In this document: positions 17,828 through 27,943 of the stretch, one piece after another
Position numbering within the stretch: the first letter of the stretch is position 1
Layout: each line of letters begins with the position of its first letter
DNA from: Bacteroidota bacterium
Lineage (GTDB): Bacteria; Bacteroidota; Bacteroidia; UKL13-3
Length of the DNA stretch: 64,000 bases
Assembly (NCBI GenBank): GCA_947485745.1
Contig: CANKQY010000003.1
Span: forward strand, 13,747-77,746
Direction of reading: 5' to 3'
Translations under genes and position numbers: made by a program
The notes under the pieces: model-generated
What the model was told of the DNA's origin: nothing
What the model saw: only the letters and a program-made list of their open reading frames with translations
Databases searched by the model: none

Positions 17828-19171
17828 ATGGAATTAGAAGCATTAACGGCAATTTCCCCAATTGATGGGCGATACAGAAAACAGACTGAAAAGTTGGGTG
17901 ATTATTTTAGCGAGTTTGCATTAATAAAATACAGGGTTTGGGTTGAAATTGAATATTTTATAGCCTTGGCGGAAATGCCCTTACCACAATTAAAGGATAA
18001 GGTTAGTAGTGATCAAAAGGCGGCCATTAGAGGCATTTATCATAACTTAAGTTTGGTTCAGGCTAAGAAAATAAAGGACATTGAAAAAACCACCAACCAT
18101 GATGTAAAGGCGGTAGAATACTTTATTAAGGATGAATTCGCAGCAATTGGTTTAAAAGAGGCATCAGAGTTTGTGCACTTTGGTTTAACCTCTCAAGATA
18201 TTAATAATACAGCTATACCCATGAGTTTAAAACATGCCATTGAGTTGGAAGTTTTGCCCCTTTTACAAAATGTATTGGCCATTATGAAGCAGCAAGCTAT
18301 AGATTGGGCAAATATTCCAATGCTTGCTAGAACTCACGGACAGCCCGCCTCACCAACTAGATTGGGAAAAGAATGGGAGGTATTTATATCAAGAATCAAT
18401 GTTCAATTGAATCAGATAAATCAGCTTACCTATCCAGCAAAATTTGGAGGTGCAACAGGAAACTACAATGCACATGTGGTGGCCTACCCTGAAATAAATT
18501 GGCTAGAATTTGGCGATAAATTTTGCGGTCATTTAGGTTTGAACCGATCGCATCCTACCACACAAATAGAGCATTATGATAACTTAGCAGCCTTGTTTGA
18601 TGGTTTTAAAAGAATCAATACAATTTTGCTTGATTTTGCAAAAGATGTATGGCAATATGTGGCCATGGATTATTTTAAGCAAAGGTTGAAAGAAGGGGAG
18701 GTTGGATCAAGCGCAATGCCTCATAAAGTTAATCCAATAGATTTTGAAAATGCGGAAGGAAATCTTGGAATTGCCAACGTTTTTTATGCGCATTTTTCAG
18801 AAAAATTGCCCATCTCTAGGTTGCAAAGAGATTTAACTGATAGCACCGTTTTAAGGAATATTGGAATGCCATTTGCACATACCACTATAGCTTTAAAATC
18901 ATTGGAAAAGGGTTTGGGAAAGTTGTTATTGAACGAACAAAAATTACACAATGATTTAGAAAATAATTGGGCAGTTGTGGCAGAGGCTATTCAAACAATT
19001 TTGAGAAGGGAAGGATTTGACAGGCCATACGAGGCTTTAAAAGCGCTCACCAGAACCAATGAAGCTATCACCCAACAATCAATTCAAGAATTTATTGTTA
19101 CCTTGCAAGTATCTGAGGAGGTAAAAGCTGAGCTAAATAATATTACACCTCACAATTATACTGGGATATGA
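17828..19171 (+). CDS. purB: Adenylosuccinate lyase
   Basis: The ATG at 17828 gives MELEALTAISPIDGRYR. The lyase_1 signature GSSAMPHKVNP is present. The tracked ORF starts 6 codons earlier at a TTG. Confidence 0.92.
   Translation: MELEALTAISPIDGRYRKQTEKLGDYFSEFALIKYRVWVEIEYFIALAEMPLPQLKDKVSSDQKAAIRGIYHNLSLVQAKKIKDIEKTTNHDVKAVEYFIKDEFAAIGLKEASEFVHFGLTSQDINNTAIPMSLKHAIELEVLPLLQNVLAIMKQQAIDWANIPMLARTHGQPASPTRLGKEWEVFISRINVQLNQINQLTYPAKFGGATGNYNAHVVAYPEINWLEFGDKFCGHLGLNRSHPTTQIEHYDNLAALFDGFKRINTILLDFAKDVWQYVAMDYFKQRLKEGEVGSSAMPHKVNPIDFENAEGNLGIANVFYAHFSEKLPISRLQRDLTDSTVLRNIGMPFAHTTIALKSLEKGLGKLLLNEQKLHNDLENNWAVVAEAIQTILRREGFDRPYEALKALTRTNEAITQQSIQEFIVTLQVSEEVKAELNNITPHNYTGI
18536..18545 (+). repeat. 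Iterated decamer copy GGTTTGAACC
   Basis: Exact match inside purB; GGT TTG AAC CGA (G-L-N-R). Confidence 0.95.
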
Positions 19172-19716
19172 AGCAAACTTTCTTTCTGTTTTTAGTTTTA
19201 AGTTTAATTGTCATTGCATGCGATGAACCTACATCCCATGTTTTATTAAATGAAGTAGATTCTATTCCAACAGTTGATACAATTATTGAGGATAATTATG
19301 ACGGACGAATATCAGCCGTTGATGAGCAAGTAATTGATTATACCACGCCAGATCCGTATCAGCATATACCGCAGTTGTTTTTAGATAGCACTCTTTCGTC
19401 AAGTTGGGATGCTGCTGGGTTTCCAAATGCAAAGGATTTTCAGGCATTTTATCAAACTTTTCAATGGGATGTAATGGACAGAAATAAGGAGAAAATTTCC
19501 GCACTTATATTATATCCATTGCCAGGATACAAGGATAATAAAGTTTTTTTGAGAAATTTTGATTCTATTTTTTCACCCGATTTTGTGGAGGCAATAGTGC
19601 AACAAAAACCTGAGGAAATATACCGCAATAAATATGGAGCCATGGCAGGTGAAGACGGACAGGTTTGGTTTAGGCTAGTGAAAGGGAGTTATAGAATTGT
19701 AAAAATAAATCCATAA
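19168..19716 (+). CDS. Hypothetical lipoprotein
   Basis: Signal peptide with lipobox-like LIVIAC. There is a 4-nt ATGA overlap with the purB stop. No recognisable domain. Confidence 0.5.
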   Translation: MKQTFFLFLVLSLIVIACDEPTSHVLLNEVDSIPTVDTIIEDNYDGRISAVDEQVIDYTTPDPYQHIPQLFLDSTLSSSWDAAGFPNAKDFQAFYQTFQWDVMDRNKEKISALILYPLPGYKDNKVFLRNFDSIFSPDFVEAIVQQKPEEIYRNKYGAMAGEDGQVWFRLVKGSYRIVKINP

Positions 19717-19718
19717 TA

Positions 19719-20180
19719 ATGGCCAATTTTATTCAATTTCCTGGTCCGGCAGTAGCAGAATTATTGCCAAAGTTACAACCAGAAACGCCTGCCCAATGGG
19801 GCATCATGACAGCTCAACACATGTTAGAACATTTGATGTTACCACTGTCTTTTTCTAGGGGGGAGTTTATGGTACCTTTGGTTACTCCAATTGAGAAGGT
19901 TGAGAAGGTAAAACGCATCATGCTATTGAGTGATGCGCCGTTAAAGCGAGATTTTGCTGCACCTTTTTTAGGAGATGGTTTGCAAGCTTTGAAGCATGCA
20001 AACTTTGAGGATGCAAAACTTGCCTTAATAGCTGAAATTGAGTTATATTTAAATTTTTGGGAGCAAGAAAATGAGGCTAGTTTTACCCATCCAATTTTCG
20101 GAAATTTGAATAAGGAAGAGTGGTATTTATTTCATCGGAAGCACTTTACACATCATTTTACCCAGTTTGGCTTGCTATAA
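19719..20180 (+). CDS. DinB-superfamily-like small protein (DUF1569-like)
   Basis: ~150 aa with histidine-rich helices (AQHMLEHLMLP ... HRKHFTHHFTQFGLL). The family name is from memory only. Confidence 0.4.
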   Translation: MANFIQFPGPAVAELLPKLQPETPAQWGIMTAQHMLEHLMLPLSFSRGEFMVPLVTPIEKVEKVKRIMLLSDAPLKRDFAAPFLGDGLQALKHANFEDAKLALIAEIELYLNFWEQENEASFTHPIFGNLNKEEWYLFHRKHFTHHFTQFGLL

Positions 20181-20280
20181 AATCTGAATAATTAGCCTGA
20201 AAGCTTTTGTTTTTCAAAAAAATAGCAGATATTTGCCACCCCGGAAAAGGAGACCCCGGGATTAAAAACAAAAATTAGAT

Positions 20281-21060
20281 ATGTCAGTAAAAATCAGATT
20301 ACAACGTCATGGACGTTCTAAATCACCTTTTTACCACGTAGTGGTGGCGGATTCGCGTGCTCCGAGAGATGGTAAGTTTATCGAGAAAATTGGTTCATAC
20401 CTTCCTCAAACACAGCCTGCAACCATTGAGTTGGATGTAGACCGCGCAACCTACTGGTTAGAAAATGGTGCTCAACCTACCGACACTTGTCGTGCAATCC
20501 TTTCATACAAAGGTGCATTGATGAAAAGCCATTTGGCTGTTGGTGTTAAAAAAGGTGCAATGACCCAAGAACAAGCAGATGAAAAATTTGCTAAATGGAT
20601 CAGCGAAAAAGAAAGCAAAGTGCAATCACATGTTGAAAGAGTTAAATCTACAGTATCTGAAAAGGTAGCTGCAAGATTAGCTGAAGAATCGAAAGTGAAT
20701 GCTTCTCGCCTAAGCAAAATTGCTGCAAAAGTTGCTGCTGCTGAAGCTGCTGCAAATCCAGTAGTTGAAGAAGAAGTTCCTACAGAAGGAATTCCTGCTG
20801 AAGATGTAGCTGCACCTGTTGAAGCTGCTGCAATTGTAGAAGAAGTTGCCGCACCTACAGAAGAGGTTGCCGCTCCAATAGAAGAAGATGCTGCACCTAC
20901 AGAAGAAGTTGCCGCTCCAATAGAAGCTGCTGCTGCACCTGCAGAGGAAGTTGCTGCTCCAATAGAAGAAGCTGCCGTACCTGCAGAAGAAGTTGCTGCT
21001 CCAATAGAAGAAGCTGCCGCACCTGCAGAAGAAGCTGCTACTGAAACTCCAGCTGAATAA
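20281..21060 (+). CDS. rpsP: 30S ribosomal protein S16 with a ~175-aa Ala/Glu/Pro-rich C-terminal extension
   Basis: The N-terminus [42 protein letters not shown] is canonical S16. The remainder is low-complexity and repeat sequence. Confidence 0.9.
   Translation: MSVKIRLQRHGRSKSPFYHVVVADSRAPRDGKFIEKIGSYLPQTQPATIELDVDRATYWLENGAQPTDTCRAILSYKGALMKSHLAVGVKKGAMTQEQADEKFAKWISEKESKVQSHVERVKSTVSEKVAARLAEESKVNASRLSKIAAKVAAAEAAANPVVEEEVPTEGIPAEDVAAPVEAAAIVEEVAAPTEEVAAPIEEDAAPTEEVAAPIEAAAAPAEEVAAPIEEAAVPAEEVAAPIEEAAAPAEEAATETPAE
20839..21039 (+). repeat. In-frame 42-nt (14-aa) tandem repeat, about 4.5 units, inside the rpsP tail
   Basis: The units are [14 protein letters not shown] / [14 protein letters not shown] / [14 protein letters not shown] / [14 protein letters not shown], with a 7-aa sub-period. 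The DNA units are nearly identical (gaagaagttgc[c/t]gctccaatagaag...). Confidence 0.85.
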
Positions 21061-21585
21061 TTGAGTTATAGCTTGAAAACTATCCAAAGACAAGACTTCG
21101 TTGAAGTTGGTTCTGCGGTGAAGGTTCATGGCACAAAGGGCGAATTAAAGTTTTCTTTAACTCGTTCAATAAAAATAAAGGAATGGGCTTTTCTCGAATT
21201 TCGGGGAAAGCCCGTTCCTTTTTATATACAAGCTACCAAGGCAGATTTGGAGGATGAAATTATTTTAAACCTTCAAGGTGTAAACACCATAGAACAGGCT
21301 TCTCAGCTTATTGGAAAGATTTTATTATTGCCCAAAAAGCAGGTAATGAAAGAGGATTTGGATGATGATTGGAATATTGATGGTTATTCCATGGTAGATA
21401 AAAAATATGGTGTTTTAGGAGACGTAATTGAAATAATAGAATACCCATATCAAAGTTTGGCGAAAATAAATTTCCAAGGAACAATTGTGTTAATACCACT
21501 GGTAGATGCCATTATTGTTGAAATAGATGACCAAAAGAAACTTATTCAAGTTAATTTACCAGAAGGTATATTGGCTATTAATTAG
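21061..21585 (+). CDS. rimM: 16S rRNA processing protein RimM
   Basis: It lies immediately after rpsP (conserved gene order). VEVGSAVKVHGTKGELKF matches the RimM N-terminal barrel motif. The TTG start is uncertain. Confidence 0.8.
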   Translation: MSYSLKTIQRQDFVEVGSAVKVHGTKGELKFSLTRSIKIKEWAFLEFRGKPVPFYIQATKADLEDEIILNLQGVNTIEQASQLIGKILLLPKKQVMKEDLDDDWNIDGYSMVDKKYGVLGDVIEIIEYPYQSLAKINFQGTIVLIPLVDAIIVEIDDQKKLIQVNLPEGILAIN

Positions 21586-22814
21586 TCTTTTTCAAATGTT
21601 AATTTTTTGAGAGCAACCGCTTTCCATTGGGTAAAACCTACAATTCCTAAAGTCATTACTCCGCCAAAAATAACTGCATTTGCGGCACCCAAAATTTTGG
21701 CAGCTAGGCCACTTTCAAATGCGCCTATTTCATTGGAAGAGCCAATAAAAATAGTGTTTACAGCGGATACTCTTCCTCTCATGTGATCAGGAGTATTCAG
21801 TTGTAAAATATTGGATCGGATTACTACGCTAATACTATCAAATGCACCGCTTAAAAATAATAGGATTAGAGATAGATAAAAACTCTCTGATAATCCAAAT
21901 AATAACATACAAATACCAAATGCTCCTACCGCTTGTATCAAAGTTTTTCCGGGCTGAACCAAATTTTTTCGCATAGATAAGTAGGTCATCATCAATACTG
22001 CTCCAAAAGATGGTGCAGCTCTTAATAATCCCAATCCTTCTGGACCAGTTTGTAAAATTTCATCAGCAAAAATTGGCAGTAGAGCGGTTGCTCCGCCAAA
22101 TAATACAGAAAACAAATCAAGAGATAGCGCCGATAAAATGATTTTATTTTTGTATACAAACGTAACTCCTTCTTTTAAACGAGGCAGAATTTTTTCGCCC
22201 GTATCTGCCATTTTTACGAAATCAACTTTTATTTGAAAAAGGGTTAAGAAAGCAATAATGATCAATATAATTATAATAATAAAACTTATGTTCAATCCAA
22301 AATAGGCAAAACAAAAGCCACCTAAAGCAGGTCCAATAACAGAAGCAAACTGCCATATAGTGCTATTTAAGGTGCTGGCGTAGGTGAGCAAATTTTTTGG
22401 GACCAACAATGATATGGTAGCAAAGGAAGCAGGCGAATAGAAGCCTCTAGCTAATCCATTTAAACAAATAAAACCATAAATTGATATGAGTTGTAACTTT
22501 CCATTTAAATGTCCTGCAAAGCCATAATATAGACCAATGCTGCTTAATAGTATTACAGCTAAACTAATAAGGAGAATGGTTTTTCTATTATAGATATCTG
22601 CAATGTGGCCACCATATAGTGCAATTGAAATAGCTGGTATTGCTTCTGCTAGTCCTACTAAACCCAAAGAAAGCGGATCATTGGTTAGCTCATAAATTTG
22701 CCAACCTATAATTACTGCTTGCATTTGAAGTGCAAGCGTTAAAAATAACCTTGTGGCAAGAAAGAACCTATAAGAAGGAATGCTGAATACTTGAAGAGAG
22801 ATTTTTTTACTCAT
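21582..22814 (-). CDS. MFS transporter
   Basis: ~12 predicted hydrophobic spans in 410 aa. The stop overlaps the rimM stop (convergent). Confidence 0.8.
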   Translation of the reverse strand: MSKKISLQVFSIPSYRFFLATRLFLTLALQMQAVIIGWQIYELTNDPLSLGLVGLAEAIPAISIALYGGHIADIYNRKTILLISLAVILLSSIGLYYGFAGHLNGKLQLISIYGFICLNGLARGFYSPASFATISLLVPKNLLTYASTLNSTIWQFASVIGPALGGFCFAYFGLNISFIIIIILIIIAFLTLFQIKVDFVKMADTGEKILPRLKEGVTFVYKNKIILSALSLDLFSVLFGGATALLPIFADEILQTGPEGLGLLRAAPSFGAVLMMTYLSMRKNLVQPGKTLIQAVGAFGICMLLFGLSESFYLSLILLFLSGAFDSISVVIRSNILQLNTPDHMRGRVSAVNTIFIGSSNEIGAFESGLAAKILGAANAVIFGGVMTLGIVGFTQWKAVALKKLTFEKD

Positions 22815-24118
22815 TAATTCTTACGAAATAACCACATGAATAATTCTTTGTAGGTTGGTTTTTTCCCATAAGTTAATATGCCAATTCTATAGATTCTTCC
22901 AGCGAACCAAACTGTGGCAATAAATCCAAGAATCATGCAAACCATGGAGGCAATTATTTGGTAAGTTGGAATTCCAAATGGTAATCGAACCATCATTATT
23001 ACAGGCGAGCTAAAAGGAATCATGGAGAGCCAAACAGATAATGAGCTATTAGGAGAATTTATCACCGATTGTGCAATGGCAATAGAAAAAACTAGCGGTA
23101 AAGTTATTGGCATCATAAATTGTTGGGTGTCGGTTTCGTTATCAACGGCTGAACCTACTGCTGCGAATAATGCACCGTAAAATAAGTAACCACCAATAAA
23201 ATAGAAAACAAACAATCCTAAGAGGAGTGGAATATTTAATCCACTTAAGGATGAAAGTATTTCAGAAAATCCAGCATCTTGTGAGGCACCTGCAACTTGC
23301 TTTCCATCAATCATGGCGCTAGGATCAACATGCATCATTTCCATAACTAAGATAGAAACCGGACCGCTTAATGCAGCAACCAAAACCACCCATATTACAA
23401 ATTGTGTGATACCAACCATGGCAATGCCAATAATTTTACCCATCATTAATTGAAAAGGCTTAACAGATGAAATGAGCACCTCAACAATTCTGTTTGTTTT
23501 TTCTTCAATTACCCCCTTCATTACCTGAACACCATATAGAAAAATGAAAAAATAAATGAGAAACGCCCCTAAAAATCCTATGATAGTTGTGGTGCTAGAA
23601 TTTCCTTTTTCAATACCATCATCTGTATTTTTTCTGGTTAATAGTTTTACCGAAATAGCATTGATATCGTTTACAATTTTTTTATCGATGCCATTAGCTT
23701 CGAGCTCTTTGTTTTTTAATACTTTTTCTAATTTAGATTCTATGCTAGAAAGGGTATTTAAGCCGGGCTGTTCATTGGCCAATAAATCATAGGTATAGCT
23801 GCCCTCTTTTTTTGTGATGGTTAAAACACCATAAGCTCCGCTGTTTTCTAACAATAATTTTGGTTCAGAATCCGTGAGTTTGTTATATTGAAAATTAATG
23901 ATTTTTGTGTTTTCCAGGTTGTTTTCAAAAACGCTAGATTGGTCATTAATAAGTACAATTTTTCTTTCTTCTTCCAGATCTTGGTTAAACGAAAAATAAA
24001 AAATAACACCATAAAAAAATACTATTAGTAGAGGGGAGAGGAGGGTCATGATTAAAAATGATTTTTTCTTCACTCTCGACAAATATTCTCTTTTACAAAT
24101 TAGCCAGATTTTATGCAT
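22814..24118 (-). CDS. ABC-2 type transporter permease (NatB-like)
   Basis: An N-terminal TM, a large extracytoplasmic loop, then 5 C-terminal TMs. It is adjacent to the cognate ATPase. Confidence 0.8.
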   Translation of the reverse strand: MHKIWLICKREYLSRVKKKSFLIMTLLSPLLIVFFYGVIFYFSFNQDLEEERKIVLINDQSSVFENNLENTKIINFQYNKLTDSEPKLLLENSGAYGVLTITKKEGSYTYDLLANEQPGLNTLSSIESKLEKVLKNKELEANGIDKKIVNDINAISVKLLTRKNTDDGIEKGNSSTTTIIGFLGAFLIYFFIFLYGVQVMKGVIEEKTNRIVEVLISSVKPFQLMMGKIIGIAMVGITQFVIWVVLVAALSGPVSILVMEMMHVDPSAMIDGKQVAGASQDAGFSEILSSLSGLNIPLLLGLFVFYFIGGYLFYGALFAAVGSAVDNETDTQQFMMPITLPLVFSIAIAQSVINSPNSSLSVWLSMIPFSSPVIMMVRLPFGIPTYQIIASMVCMILGFIATVWFAGRIYRIGILTYGKKPTYKELFMWLFRKN

Positions 24119-24120
24119 GA

Positions 24121-25035
24121 TTAATTGATTTGTTGTTTTTGTTGAACAGCCATGATAAATATTTCTTCCATGCTAGGAAGATTTTCTGTAAACGAAATCA
24201 ATGAAATTTGTTTTGATATCAAATATTCAATGAGGTTATTGTTGGTCATTGTTTGTTTTAATTCAATGATACAAGTATTAGCAGAATCTTTTGAGGTAGA
24301 TTTTGTTACTACTATGTAATCATCAGAAAGTAGCGGATTACCTTGGTACTTTAACTCAAATTGATTTTTCTTATACTGTTGTTGAATGGCATTTACTTCG
24401 CCATCTAATACTTTTTCTGCTTTATTGATAAGGGCAATGTGGTCACAAAGTAATTCTACCGAATCCATTCGGTGGGTAGAGAATATGATTGTTGAGCCTT
24501 TTTCTTTTAAGGAAAGAATTTCATTAACTAATAATTGCGCATTAATTGGGTCAAAACCAGAAAATGGTTCATCTAAAATTATGAGTTCTGGCTCATGAAG
24601 TACGGTTGCAACAAATTGAACTTTTTGTTGCATTCCTTTCGATAATTCCTCTACTTTTTTACCTAACCAATCCTTTATTTCAAATTTATCTACCCAATAC
24701 TTTAGTTTTTCCTTTGCCTCTTTGTTTGAAAGTCCTTTAATTTCAGCAAAATACAATAACTGGTCTTTAACAGTCATTTTTTTATACAACCCCCGTTCTT
24801 CGGGTAAATAGCCCATTTTGTAAATGTGCTTTTCATTGAGGGGTTCACCTTTAAATAAAATTTTACCTGAATCTGCTTCAGTAATATGGGTTAAAATTCT
24901 AATCAAACTCGTTTTACCCGCGCCATTTGGTCCTAGTAGGCCAAAAATGGACCCTTTTTGGATGGATAGGCTAATATCTTTAAGTGCAATATGATTTTGA
25001 TATCGCTTGTTTAAGTTTTCTATTTCAATAATCAT
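24121..25035 (-). CDS. ABC transporter ATP-binding protein (NatA-like)
   Basis: Walker A GPNGAGKTS, signature LSKGMQQK, Walker B LIILDEPFSGFD. Confidence 0.9.
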   Translation of the reverse strand: MIIEIENLNKRYQNHIALKDISLSIQKGSIFGLLGPNGAGKTSLIRILTHITEADSGKILFKGEPLNEKHIYKMGYLPEERGLYKKMTVKDQLLYFAEIKGLSNKEAKEKLKYWVDKFEIKDWLGKKVEELSKGMQQKVQFVATVLHEPELIILDEPFSGFDPINAQLLVNEILSLKEKGSTIIFSTHRMDSVELLCDHIALINKAEKVLDGEVNAIQQQYKKNQFELKYQGNPLLSDDYIVVTKSTSKDSANTCIIELKQTMTNNNLIEYLISKQISLISFTENLPSMEEIFIMAVQQKQQIN

Positions 25036-25049
25036 GATTGCAATTAAAT

Positions 25050-25057
25050 CAAATTTA
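25050..25057 (-). promoter_or_regulatory. Candidate -7 promoter box for the ABC/MFS operon (minus strand TAAATTTG)
   Basis: The + strand reads CAAATTTA 15 nt upstream of the ATG at 25035. Confidence 0.3.
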
Positions 25058-25202
25058 TGTTGGCATCAGGTTAAATATTGCTTGATGGCAGTTAATTTAT
25101 TAAAATTGCATATTATTGTGTTATAAAAGTTATAATTTTTGATCAAATTTACTTTAGTTTTATTATTTTTGATTTAAAATACTAAAATTTACAACTAATA
25201 CT

Positions 25203-25997
25203 TTGAGGAACTTATTGAATATTGTTGTGCTATTGCTTTTGGGATTTAACACTGCCATTGCCGCTGAAGAGAAGCCAATTCAATTGAATAAAATTAATTT
25301 AACGCCAATGCCATTGGATGGTTGGCGCTTTGGTTTTGGACTAGGATATGCCCTTTATGTGGGCGACCAAATGGATTATGCTTTAACAAGAAATTATGGC
25401 GATTTTAAAGAACTTCGTACAAACTTGACGATTGCTGCCTTCAAGCAAATTAACGAAGAAAAAGAGTGGGGTTTGGTTTTTAAAACAGGTTCTTTTCAAA
25501 CCTTAAAATCTAGCAATACCCAAGGATTACAGTGTAATTACCAAGAACTACAATCAATTTGGCAAAAAAGCTTAAACGACAATATTGATTTGAATGGTAA
25601 AGCGGTAACGGTTAATTTTCAATATGGTTTAGGATTTATGTATTATAAAAGCAAGTATTTTGCAGTGAATTCAAATTTTAAATCAGAAGATTATGTCATT
25701 TCTAGTGTTGGTTATGGATTTGAAAACAGAAAAGATTTTAAGGGAAATGAATATACTGATATTCCTAATAAAAAGTTTGCTGCTTTGGGCAATATCGGTT
25801 TGAACCTAGGTTTTAGAATAGCAGGTAATCTTAGTTTGTATTTTGAAAATAGTCTTCAAGTATCTGTTACCAACAAATTATCTGGGCACTTAAATAAATT
25901 AGCTAAAATTCCACCTGATATGTATTTTTATACAGGACTAAGTTTATTTTATAAATTCGGTAAGGGAGGCAGCAGGTTAGGTTGTCCAAAATTTTAA
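25203..25997 (+). CDS. Putative outer-membrane beta-barrel protein, paralog A (C-terminal LGCPKF)
   Basis: Signal peptide, alternating beta-strand-like sequence and a C-terminal Phe. ~35-40% identical by eye to the next ORF. TTG start. Confidence 0.55.
   Translation: MRNLLNIVVLLLLGFNTAIAAEEKPIQLNKINLTPMPLDGWRFGFGLGYALYVGDQMDYALTRNYGDFKELRTNLTIAAFKQINEEKEWGLVFKTGSFQTLKSSNTQGLQCNYQELQSIWQKSLNDNIDLNGKAVTVNFQYGLGFMYYKSKYFAVNSNFKSEDYVISSVGYGFENRKDFKGNEYTDIPNKKFAALGNIGLNLGFRIAGNLSLYFENSLQVSVTNKLSGHLNKLAKIPPDMYFYTGLSLFYKFGKGGSRLGCPKF
25797..25806 (+). repeat. Iterated decamer copy GGTTTGAACC
   Basis: Exact match inside OM barrel paralog A; GGT TTG AAC CTA (G-L-N-L). Confidence 0.95.
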
Positions 25998-26006
25998 TTA
26001 TACAAC

Positions 26007-26786
26007 ATGAAACGTAAGTTATTAATAATCACAATAATACTCTTGCATGCGTTCTCAGTTTTTTCAAACGAATTGAAATATGCGTTTGGTGAAAAACTCA
26101 CTGCTACCAAGCAATGGTACTTGGAAGATTTTCGTTTTGGCGGTGGTGTAGGTTATGGTTTGTATTTATCCAATCAAATGGATTACGCTATTACCAGGAA
26201 TTATGGCGATTTTAAAGAAATAATACCCTCTTATTTTGGAGGTATTTATAAAGTTGTCAATGATGATTTTGAGATTGGCATTCAATTTAAATCAGGTCAT
26301 TTACTCACTTTAAAATCTGAAAATACTCAAGGCTCTACTTGCGATTTTAATGAAGGGCAATTCATGGTAAATTACAGTTTTAACCACAATGTAGGTTTGA
26401 CTAGAGAAAAGTTCACAGTTAATGCACAAATAGGAATTGGAGCTACACAATTTAGGTCGAAATATTTTACTGTAAATACCGTTGAACAAAACATTGATGA
26501 TATTTATTCTACTGTTGGATATGGAGGCAGTTTAACCTCATCAAAGGGCCAGGCTAACAAGCAAGTTGCTGTAATAGGTAACTTTGGATTGGTATTAGGT
26601 TGTAGCCTCTCTAAAGTGGTGAGTATTTATTGGGAAAATACAATTAATATTAGCACCTCCAATAAAATGGCGGGCAACCTTTATAAAAGGTCATGGATTC
26701 CGCCCGATGGTTATTTTTTTAGTGGAATAGGTGTCTATTTTAATATCAGCAAACAAAAGGGTAAACTCGGTTGCCCTAAGTTTTAA
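26007..26786 (+). CDS. Putative outer-membrane beta-barrel protein, paralog B (C-terminal LGCPKF)
   Basis: Blocks shared with paralog A are QMDYA(L/I)[22 protein letters not shown](A/T)VN, IPPD.YF and LGCPKF-stop. Confidence 0.55.
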   Translation: MKRKLLIITIILLHAFSVFSNELKYAFGEKLTATKQWYLEDFRFGGGVGYGLYLSNQMDYAITRNYGDFKEIIPSYFGGIYKVVNDDFEIGIQFKSGHLLTLKSENTQGSTCDFNEGQFMVNYSFNHNVGLTREKFTVNAQIGIGATQFRSKYFTVNTVEQNIDDIYSTVGYGGSLTSSKGQANKQVAVIGNFGLVLGCSLSKVVSIYWENTINISTSNKMAGNLYKRSWIPPDGYFFSGIGVYFNISKQKGKLGCPKF

Positions 26787-27940
26787 TTAAAAAACTCTTT
26801 CATCCTATCAAAGAACCCTGAGTCATTTTTGTCTGGTTTAGGATTAAAGTTTTCTGATACTTTCAATTTTTCCAAGATTACTTTTTCCTCTGGGCTAAAT
26901 TTCTTAGGAGTCCAAACATTTACTTGAACCAATTGATCGCCGTGGTAGCCAGAGTTTAGTTCTGGTAGTCCTTTGCCCCTTAATCGGAGTATTTTTCCAG
27001 CTTGGGTTCCTGCATCAATTTTTAATTTTACTTTTCCGCTTACCGTTGGAATTTCTACTTGGGTTCCAAGCGCAGCATCAGCAAAATTTAGGTATAAATC
27101 GAAGATAATATTATTGCCATCTCTTTTCAATAAAGGATCATCAATCTCTTCAATCAAAATAATTAAGTCGCCAGGTATTCCACCTCTTTCTGGTGCATTT
27201 CCTTTGCCACTCATTGATAGTTGCATGCCATCCGCAACTCCTGCAGGAATATTTACAGTTATAACTTCTTCGCCTTCCATTCTGCCTGTTCCTCTGCACG
27301 AATTACAATTTGAGGTAACTACACTTCCTTCGCCATTGCATGTTGGGCATGAAGCTGTGGTAGCCATTTGGCCTAAAAATGTTTGGGTAACTTTTCTTAC
27401 TTGTCCAGATCCAGCGCAGGTTCCACAGGTTCTAAAAGAAGATTTATCTTTAGCACCATTTCCATTACAAGTACTGCAAGCAATCTGCTTGTTTACTTTT
27501 AATTTTTTTTCTACTCCCGCTGCAATTTCTTGCAAGGTAAGTTTCACTTTAACACGAAGGTTACTTCCAACTTTTTGCCTACGTTGTCCACCGCCACCGC
27601 GTCTTTGACCACCACCTCCAAAAAAAGATTCAAATGGGTGGCCCTCACCAAAAACATCTCCAAATTGGCTAAAAATGTCATCCATGTTCATGCCACCTTG
27701 CTGTCCACCTCCTGCTCCCATAGCTTGGTGACCAAACCTATCGTATTTGGCTTTTTTATCAGCATTGCTTAGCACTTCATAGGCTTCAGCAGCTTCCTTA
27801 AATTTTTCTTCTGCGGCCTTATCTCCTTGATTTTTATCAGGATGATATTTAATAGCCATTTGGCGGTAAGCCTTTTTTATTTCATCGGCAGCGGCATTTT
27901 TGCTAACGCCCAATATTTCGTAGTAATCTCTTTTAGCCAT
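26783..27940 (-). CDS. dnaJ: Molecular chaperone DnaJ
   Basis: J-domain DYYEILGV...HPDKN, a G/F-rich linker and four CxxCxGxG zinc motifs ([32 protein letters not shown]). Confidence 0.95.
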   Translation of the reverse strand: MAKRDYYEILGVSKNAAADEIKKAYRQMAIKYHPDKNQGDKAAEEKFKEAAEAYEVLSNADKKAKYDRFGHQAMGAGGGQQGGMNMDDIFSQFGDVFGEGHPFESFFGGGGQRRGGGGQRRQKVGSNLRVKVKLTLQEIAAGVEKKLKVNKQIACSTCNGNGAKDKSSFRTCGTCAGSGQVRKVTQTFLGQMATTASCPTCNGEGSVVTSNCNSCRGTGRMEGEEVITVNIPAGVADGMQLSMSGKGNAPERGGIPGDLIILIEEIDDPLLKRDGNNIIFDLYLNFADAALGTQVEIPTVSGKVKLKIDAGTQAGKILRLRGKGLPELNSGYHGDQLVQVNVWTPKKFSPEEKVILEKLKVSENFNPKPDKNDSGFFDRMKEFFN

Positions 27941-27943
27941 TTT

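Noticed and set aside
20239-20260. A GC-rich hairpin (CCCGG...CCGGG) with an AAGGAG-containing loop in the rpsP leader, considered as a ribosomal-protein autoregulatory leader.
   Set aside because: The stem is only 5 bp and I know of no conserved leader motif here. The SD-like sequence is too far (~25 nt) from the ATG to be meaningful.
20839-21039. The tandem repeat considered as a possible CRISPR array or minisatellite outside genes.
   Set aside because: The units are directly adjacent with no unique spacers. They are in frame with rpsP and code for a coherent [14 protein letters not shown] peptide repeat.
20710-21129. A 139-aa Cys/Ser/Phe-rich repetitive ORF on the minus strand.
   Set aside because: It is the antisense reading of the 42-nt tandem repeat in the rpsP tail. 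Its periodicity simply mirrors that repeat, and it spans the rpsP/rimM junction.
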